This document shows, in pieces, positions 58,555 to 64,000 of a stretch of 64,000 bases of DNA. The translations under genes were made by a program, and so were the position numbers. This DNA comes from a virus, in IMG/VR virus record IMGVR_UViG_3300009177_000031, positions 1 to 64,000 of that record; one strand, given 5' to 3'. Below the pieces are notes generated by a model. That model saw nothing but the letters and a program-made list of their open reading frames with translations. It did no database searches and was not told where the DNA came from. Position 1 is the first letter of the stretch. Each line of letters starts with the position of its first letter.

Positions 58555-58983
58555 GTGGGAACAACCGGTGCGTACAACGTGGCGAAGTTTCAGCTCGCCA
58601 CGAAGCAGCTCGATCTGTCGTCAGCCGACTTGCGCGTGCTGTTGGTCGCGAGCGGCTACGTGTTCAACCCTGACCATCGTGTGGTCTCCGACATCACGTC
58701 CGAGCTGAGCGGCACCGGGTACCTTCGTCAGCAATTGCAAACCATCAGCGTCGTTGAAGACGACGTGAACAACGTCGTGACGTTCGATGCAGCTGACATG
58801 TTGTGGGCAGGTGCAAATTTCACCGGCGGTGCTGTCGATGCAGCGATCATCTACATCGAAAGCTCGAACACCGATTCGCTGCGACAGCTCGTTTGCAGCG
58901 TCAACCTGAATCCAAAGATCACAACGGCTGGCTCAAACTACACGGTCTCGTGGGGTGCAAACGGCATCCTTCGCTTGTCCTGA
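58555..58983 (+). CDS. tail-associated structural protein
   Basis: L.V.LV..GY....H.......ELSGTGY...L...FDAAD..W...W...GI pattern of phage tail proteins. Confidence 0.7.
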   Translation: MGTTGAYNVAKFQLATKQLDLSSADLRVLLVASGYVFNPDHRVVSDITSELSGTGYLRQQLQTISVVEDDVNNVVTFDAADMLWAGANFTGGAVDAAIIYIESSNTDSLRQLVCSVNLNPKITTAGSNYTVSWGANGILRLS

Positions 58984-58995
58984 AGGAGCAATCGC

Positions 58996-59310
58996 ATGCA
59001 GTGGAACGTTCGTGAAGACGGACCCTACGTCGTCATCCCTGGTGGTAGGGAGGTTCTGATCACTGAAGCCGTGCCGTTCATAGCGGCAGATGGTTCGCTC
59101 GTCATTCGCATTCCAGCGCGTGATGTGAACGTCATCACGCCGATCGTTCCAGAGCTGCACTACGACATGACGGACGTGGTGCGTTTGGTGATCGCAGTGG
59201 TCAGGGGTGGGCTCACGATCGCTCAAATCTCTGCGGTTCGTCCAAATGTCGCAACCGCAGTGCAAACGTTCATGACCAACCACGGTCTCGTCGCAGGATC
59301 AGCACCATGA
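58996..59310 (+). CDS. hypothetical protein
   Basis: AAGGAG RBS. Confidence 0.65.
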   Translation: MQWNVREDGPYVVIPGGREVLITEAVPFIAADGSLVIRIPARDVNVITPIVPELHYDMTDVVRLVIAVVRGGLTIAQISAVRPNVATAVQTFMTNHGLVAGSAP

Positions 59311-61037
59311 CGGCAATCAAAGACGCAATCGATCTCATCACGCAGAAGTCAAACGGTCTCGTCACGACGGCGGATCAAATCGCGTCGTTGATGACGGATG
59401 GTGGCGCTGTTGCGATGGAGACGATCTACTCGCACAAGGAGCCGCGTGTTGCAGGCGCTGCGGCTTCAGCCGCGATCATCGGTCAGCCACTCTCGATGTG
59501 GCAGTTCGAGGGAACACCTCTGACTCACGGGGCGGTGCCGACGGTTTGGGCAAACCCAACGCGTGCAACGCTTGGTGGTTTTCAGCAAGCGAATCCTGGT
59601 GGCGGTCGTACGAAGCTGATGCTCTCGCTGATCGCCGGTTGTCAGAACGGTGGCTACCTGATCATCGGTGATCGTTTGGGCCACATGGGCGGTCTCGATG
59701 GCACACTTACCACTGCGCAAAACGTCAACGGTGGTTCGCCTGGCGCACCCACGCGCAACACAGGTGGTGTTGGCAATCTGTTGCTGATCGAAATCTACAC
59801 AGCGGTTGGCGCTACAGCTACCACGATCACCGCAAACTACACGAACGATCAAGGAACCGCAGGTCAGGTGACGCAACCGATCGTGTTTGGTGGCGCCAGT
59901 CGTCAGGAAGCACAACGCGTGATGGTGATGTCGCTCGCCGCAGGCGACAAGGGTGTTCGCTCGGTCACGAGCGTCACGGTGCTCGCGACGACAGGCACCG
60001 CAGGTAACTTCGGCGTGACGCTGTTCCGACCGCTGATGTGCATTCCGTTTGCGAGCGCGACAGGCTGCGGTCACATCATCAACGCGCTCAATCACGCGAT
60101 GTCGGTGCTGGACACGGATGCGTGCCTCAGCATGATCTTCGTTCCCACGGTAGCGGCATTGCCGATTACCGACATCGTCATGAACAACGTCGAAGTCGCT
60201 GGTACGCCAGGCACGACGACGGAGACGATTCACCAGTGGAAGGAGCTGCGCCTCGGTGGTGCTGCATACGCCACCGCATCGATGGCTGGTAAAGAGCTGT
60301 CGATGTGGCAAGCAGAAGGTTCGCCGAGCCATGGCGCAGCTCCGGGTGCATTTGCAAATCCGACCAACGCAACGGCCGGAAGCTTGATGCAAACCGATCC
60401 GGCTGGTGGCAAACAGAAGTGGCTCACGTCGCTGATGTTCCCTGGCGGCTACATCGGCTCATCGTGGATGTTGATGGATCGTCTGATGCACGCTGGTGGC
60501 TTCAGCGGTATCGTCACGACAGCGCAAAACCTCAACGGTGGTTCGCCAGCGACGTTGACGCGGCACTATGCAGACAGTACCGGCGCTCTAGATGTCGGCA
60601 ACCAGATCTTCATCGAGATCAACGCTGCGCTTGGTGCAACCGGAACAACGGTGACTGCGGTGTACGCAAACGAGAACGGCGTTTCGCACACGACGCAAGC
60701 TGTTACGATTGGCGGCACCAGCTTCTTCAATCCAGGGCGTTGGATCCAACTACCGCTTGCCGCAGGCGACAGGGGCGTGCAGTCGGTGACAAGCGTAACG
60801 CTTGCAGGAACCACAGGAACCGCAGGCGCGTTTAGCGTCGTGGTTGTTCACCCTCTGCTTCACCTTCCGGTTTCGCAAATGCAACCTGACTCGTGGCAAG
60901 GCGCAATCGACACGCCTGGCAACATCGAGATCAAAACAGGTGCGTGTTTGTTTTGGTCGTGTTTGCAATCCGCAGGTGCGACGTCAGCTCTGCTCCCAGC
61001 ACTACCGCTGGTTCAATTCTCCTTCGTGGATAAGTGA
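59307..61037 (+). CDS. virion protein with two tandem paralogous beta domains
   Basis: Repeated SMWQ.EG.P.HGA.P...ANPT.AT.G, DRL.H.GG, LAAGD.GV.SVTSVT..TTGTAG. Confidence 0.8.
   Translation: MTAIKDAIDLITQKSNGLVTTADQIASLMTDGGAVAMETIYSHKEPRVAGAAASAAIIGQPLSMWQFEGTPLTHGAVPTVWANPTRATLGGFQQANPGGGRTKLMLSLIAGCQNGGYLIIGDRLGHMGGLDGTLTTAQNVNGGSPGAPTRNTGGVGNLLLIEIYTAVGATATTITANYTNDQGTAGQVTQPIVFGGASRQEAQRVMVMSLAAGDKGVRSVTSVTVLATTGTAGNFGVTLFRPLMCIPFASATGCGHIINALNHAMSVLDTDACLSMIFVPTVAALPITDIVMNNVEVAGTPGTTTETIHQWKELRLGGAAYATASMAGKELSMWQAEGSPSHGAAPGAFANPTNATAGSLMQTDPAGGKQKWLTSLMFPGGYIGSSWMLMDRLMHAGGFSGIVTTAQNLNGGSPATLTRHYADSTGALDVGNQIFIEINAALGATGTTVTAVYANENGVSHTTQAVTIGGTSFFNPGRWIQLPLAAGDRGVQSVTSVTLAGTTGTAGAFSVVVVHPLLHLPVSQMQPDSWQGAIDTPGNIEIKTGACLFWSCLQSAGATSALLPALPLVQFSFVDK
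59976..60018 (+). repeat. 43-bp exact direct repeat, copy 1 (copy 2 at 61651-61693)
   Basis: ACGGTGCTCGCGACGACAGGCACCGCAGGTAACTTCGGCGTGA at both positions. Confidence 0.9.
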
Positions 61038-61044
61038 GGCGCCG

Positions 61045-61881
61045 ATGTCTGTCTCAACCTACGCTGCGTTGCTGAACAAGCTTTTGAACCCTACGCAAGA
61101 GATCAAAGCGATTGCAGCTGCGACATCGCCAGCGCAGAGCACGCAAACGTGTCCGCTCGTCAGCGAGTGGATCACAGCTGGTCGCGGTCCTACGGTTGGT
61201 GTTGCGCCAGGTGCAGCTGCGATTCCAACAAATGCGACAGCTGGTGCGCTCGGTCAATCGAACAAGGCTGGTACCGAGCAACGCGCGTGGTTGAAGCGTT
61301 TCGACATCTCGTACGGTCAGAACACACCGGGCGTCGGTATGTTCTTGCTGGTCGATCGACTCGCTCACATGAGCGGTTTGAGCGGCATCGTTACGACTGC
61401 GCAAACGGTCGGCTTCCCTGCGCTGACGCGTTTTACGAGCGGTGCAGGCGTTTGGGCTGCAATCGAGTTCTACGTGGCGGTTGGCGCAACCGGTACGACG
61501 TTGACGATGTCGTACACCAACACGGTACCGACGGCTGGTCAGACATCGCAGCCGATTGCGTTTGGAGGCACCGGTCTGAACAACATCCGTCGCATTCTTC
61601 CGATCTCGCTCGCGAGCGGCGACACTGGCGTAACTGCGGTGGCGTCAGTGACGGTGCTCGCGACGACAGGCACCGCAGGTAACTTCGGCGTGAACCTGTT
61701 CAAGACGCTCGCTGCATGGCCTGCGGTCAGCGCGATTCCGTACTTGATGAGCGGACAGCCGTTGCCTTACTTCGGCATGATGCCGGCGATTCCTGACAAC
61801 GCGTGTTTGCAATTCCTCTACATCGGCGGTTCCGGTTTGGGCAACACGAACGTCCAAGTCGTGGACTTCTTCGAGGACTAA
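61045..61881 (+). CDS. virion protein, third copy of the same beta domain
   Basis: DRLAHMSGLSGIVTTAQ...LASGDTGV...VTVLATTGTAGNFGV. Confidence 0.8.
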   Translation: MSVSTYAALLNKLLNPTQEIKAIAAATSPAQSTQTCPLVSEWITAGRGPTVGVAPGAAAIPTNATAGALGQSNKAGTEQRAWLKRFDISYGQNTPGVGMFLLVDRLAHMSGLSGIVTTAQTVGFPALTRFTSGAGVWAAIEFYVAVGATGTTLTMSYTNTVPTAGQTSQPIAFGGTGLNNIRRILPISLASGDTGVTAVASVTVLATTGTAGNFGVNLFKTLAAWPAVSAIPYLMSGQPLPYFGMMPAIPDNACLQFLYIGGSGLGNTNVQVVDFFED

Positions 61882-61884
61882 CCA

Positions 61885-62265
61885 ATGCTATTCGGCGGAC
61901 ACAACGCGACACCTCTGTTTCTGGACGGCTACGCTCAGAACTTTGGCGTCTTTCCGCTCATCGCAAGCTCCACGATCACCGGGACCGTGTTGATTGGAGG
62001 CGAGCCTCTGGCTGACGGCGCCACGATCAACATCTACAGCGATGTCGGTGGGCTTATCACGTCAACGACGACGACAGGCGGCGCTGGTGGTTTCTCGGTG
62101 AACGTTCCTGACGTCAACACCGTTTACTTCGCGAGCTACACCGACGGTTCAACGATCGCAGCTCGAAGCCTCGGTCACACGGCTACGGCGTCTCTCGTTT
62201 ACAACATCACCACAAACCGTGCAGCCTCGCCGCTAGGCTCGTTGGTGGTTAGGAGCAACGTATGA
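61885..62265 (+). CDS. hypothetical Ig-like virion protein
   Basis: ITGTV...GATI.IY...TTT...G.FS pattern. Confidence 0.65.
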   Translation: MLFGGHNATPLFLDGYAQNFGVFPLIASSTITGTVLIGGEPLADGATINIYSDVGGLITSTTTTGGAGGFSVNVPDVNTVYFASYTDGSTIAARSLGHTATASLVYNITTNRAASPLGSLVVRSNV

Positions 62266-62798
62266 TGGGATACGCCGCACTCGGCGAAACACGCCGTTTG
62301 CTGTTCTCGACGCAGAATGCGACTGGTGCAGCGACAAACGCCGACAGCTTGCCGACGGTCTCGGTCTACCAGCAAGGCACACTGATCGGTGCAGGTTCGC
62401 CAGTCGTGACGAACAAAGCGACCGGTTTGTACGAGGTGGCGATCGTGCTCACCACGGCGAACGGCTTCGCTGTCGGCAAGGAGTACAGCGTCGCAGCAAA
62501 CGCAACGGTCAACACCGTTGCAGGCGTCATCCCTGTCGCAAACTTCGTGATCGATCCGCAGATCGTTCGTGGTCTCACTTCTGGTTCACCTACCACGACG
62601 ATCATTCCGACGAACATCACGGTTGCGTCCGCGGACTACTACAAAGATGCGTGGCTGCTTCTCGAAGACGGTGCGCTCGCAGGTCAAGTGAAGCGCATCG
62701 GAGCGATGACGGTTGGCGGTCAAATCACGTTGGCTGCAAGCTACGCGTTCAGCCTGGCGCCTGCGGCTGGCGTCAATTGCCGCATCATCAACCGGTGA
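62262..62798 (+). CDS. hypothetical virion protein
   Basis: Coupled start; beta-rich; TGLYEV. Confidence 0.7.
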   Translation: MMGYAALGETRRLLFSTQNATGAATNADSLPTVSVYQQGTLIGAGSPVVTNKATGLYEVAIVLTTANGFAVGKEYSVAANATVNTVAGVIPVANFVIDPQIVRGLTSGSPTTTIIPTNITVASADYYKDAWLLLEDGALAGQVKRIGAMTVGGQITLAASYAFSLAPAAGVNCRIINR

Positions 62799-62801
62799 AG
62801 C

Positions 62802-63026
62802 TTGTCGCTGCGTCGCACATCAGCGTTCGTCATCCTCACGTCAGACGACGTGTTTGTGCCGCCATCTGGCGATGTCGTTGTGGCGGATACGGCGATGATC
62901 CTGGTGAGCGTGCAAGACGCGTCTGCATCGCAGGTTGTTTTGCCGCGTCCAACGCAGGTCATCACCGGTGACATCCGGGTGCTCGGCGAGATTCAGGGCC
63001 GCATCACCGTGGTTGGAGGTTCGTAA
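62802..63026 (+). CDS. hypothetical protein
   Basis: Fills the gap; TAATG coupling to the next gene; start uncertain. Confidence 0.5.
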   Translation: MSLRRTSAFVILTSDDVFVPPSGDVVVADTAMILVSVQDASASQVVLPRPTQVITGDIRVLGEIQGRITVVGGS

Positions 63027-63361
63027 TGGCATCGTCCGTCATCGTTGGAACGCGTGCGCGGTTGCAGATGACGTTCAAGCGCGACATCGGTGACGGCAAC
63101 GGTCCGCAGCCGTTCGATCCGCAGGTCATCCTGTTCACGTCTACGTTCACGCCTGGTTCTGTTGGCCTACCTCAAACTAAGGAAGCTCTACAGTACGGTG
63201 TGGATGCAGACGTTGTTCGACTCTCACAGGGCATCTACTACGTGCAACGGTTGTTGGACACGATCGGCACGCTCAAGTTCACGTATCGGTCAACGGCGTG
63301 GGGTGAGGAACTGAACATGGAAGAGATCTGCAAGGTGGCTGCACGCTCGGTCATCGAGTAG
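63026..63361 (+). CDS. hypothetical virion protein
   Basis: GGAGG RBS; DP...G.YY...GT..F pattern. Confidence 0.65.
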   Translation: MASSVIVGTRARLQMTFKRDIGDGNGPQPFDPQVILFTSTFTPGSVGLPQTKEALQYGVDADVVRLSQGIYYVQRLLDTIGTLKFTYRSTAWGEELNMEEICKVAARSVIE

Positions 63362-63420
63362 AGCGAGTTCTTCGACGAGAACCTACGCTCGAACCTGGTG
63401 CAGATCTCGGTGCAGATCTC
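63361..63420. promoter_or_regulatory. hairpin plus tandem 12-bp repeat at the structural/replication module boundary
   Basis: GAGCG-A-GTTCT...AGAAC-CTA-CGCTC hairpin (63361-63390); GGTGCAGATCTC twice (63397-63420). Confidence 0.5.
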
Positions 63421-63480
63421 CAAGTGTCAGAGGCGTGTCGTAAGACCATGCGCGCGATGTAGTGTCACGAGCTGAGCGAG

Positions 63481-64000
63481 ATGAAGGAGAAGGTAACAGT
63501 CGAAGTGCTGAGCAACGTGCGCTGTCGAATGACAGGCGCACCGAAGGCGTTGCTGAAGCACCTCGACGATTCGCTCGCCGAGCAACAGAAGGGCAGCGAA
63601 TGGTCGCCACGTCACCGCCGCTTCGGTGGGAAGTGGGACGGCAAGAAGCATCACTTCCATCGCTCGCCGACATTCGCAGGCGTAGGCACTTTCGCGAGGG
63701 GTTTGCTGTCGCGCGTGAAGCGTCTCAGCAAGCTGAAGGGCTACAAGGTGCGCGTGGTGGACAAGCGCAAGGGCGTGTTCCCACCGATCGACACGTCGAA
63801 GCTGAAGCCGGACATGCTCATCGGCGTGCGCATGGATGGCGAATATAGCTACCAGCTGGACGCTGTGAAAGCTGCGTTGACCGGGGAGGCAGGCGTCCTC
63901 TTCATGGCCACGAACGCAGGCAAGACGGAGATCGCAACCGCGCTGATCAAGGTGCTGCACGAGCGTTCGGTGTTGTTCGTGGTGCCCAAAGCGATCCTGT
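63481..64000 (+). CDS. superfamily 2 DNA helicase (UvsW-like), 5' part, runs off the window
   Basis: Read manually (absent from the ORF track): MKEKVTVEV...KWDGK.H...GLL...YQLDAV..AL...GVL.MATNAGKTEIA...VLFVVP (Q motif, Walker A, motif Ia). Confidence 0.85.
   Translation, partial: MKEKVTVEVLSNVRCRMTGAPKALLKHLDDSLAEQQKGSEWSPRHRRFGGKWDGKKHHFHRSPTFAGVGTFARGLLSRVKRLSKLKGYKVRVVDKRKGVFPPIDTSKLKPDMLIGVRMDGEYSYQLDAVKAALTGEAGVLFMATNAGKTEIATALIKVLHERSVLFVVPKAIL

Noticed and set aside
59976-61693. Repeat pair as a diversity-generating retroelement TR/VR or invertible segment
   Set aside because: Copies are identical and direct, with no adenine-specific mismatches; no reverse transcriptase or invertase in the window.
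1-64000. Alternative genetic code (stop-codon reassignment)
   Set aside because: Genes are intact and densely packed under code 11, all three stops are used, and the tRNA anticodon is TTG rather than a suppressor.

Overview
This window is 64 kb of a GC-rich (roughly 60% by eye) contractile-tailed phage genome, with essentially every real gene on the + strand. Order: (i) 1-12.7 kb accessory genes: Dam-family adenine methyltransferase, tRNA-Gln(UUG), holin/lipoprotein, zincin-like protein, GH25 endolysin, MazG-like pyrophosphatase, thymidylate kinase, RHH regulator, and a poly-Gly peptide/DUF4417-like/ParB-like cluster; (ii) 12.7-34.3 kb head module of the SPO1/Twort/A511 type: portal, MuF-like protein, prohead protease, scaffold-like protein, major capsid protein; (iii) 34.3-63.4 kb neck, sheath, tube, chaperones, tape measure, baseplate and fibre genes; (iv) the start of an SF2 helicase. 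No terminase or integrase was recognised. The most interesting element is a set of very large multidomain genes around the portal. Four of them share a repeated GSRGG-containing tag (5 copies). Domains in these proteins are bounded by hydrophobic-x-K-[A/S/G] sites that match the predicted capsid maturation site. The region encodes a T3-like SAM lyase, Nudix plus 2H-phosphoesterase, a sigma-70-like domain, a ChaB-like mini-domain, an SNF2 helicase and a HipA/PI3K-like kinase. I infer a capsid-packaged, protease-released anti-defence and host-takeover cargo system. Other signals: a candidate +1 frameshift (TTT_CGT) between the tail chaperone genes, apparent absence of CTCGAG, CTGCAG and GAGCTC, and a 43-bp exact repeat between paralogous fibre modules. 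All family assignments come from motifs recognised by eye; no database searches were run.
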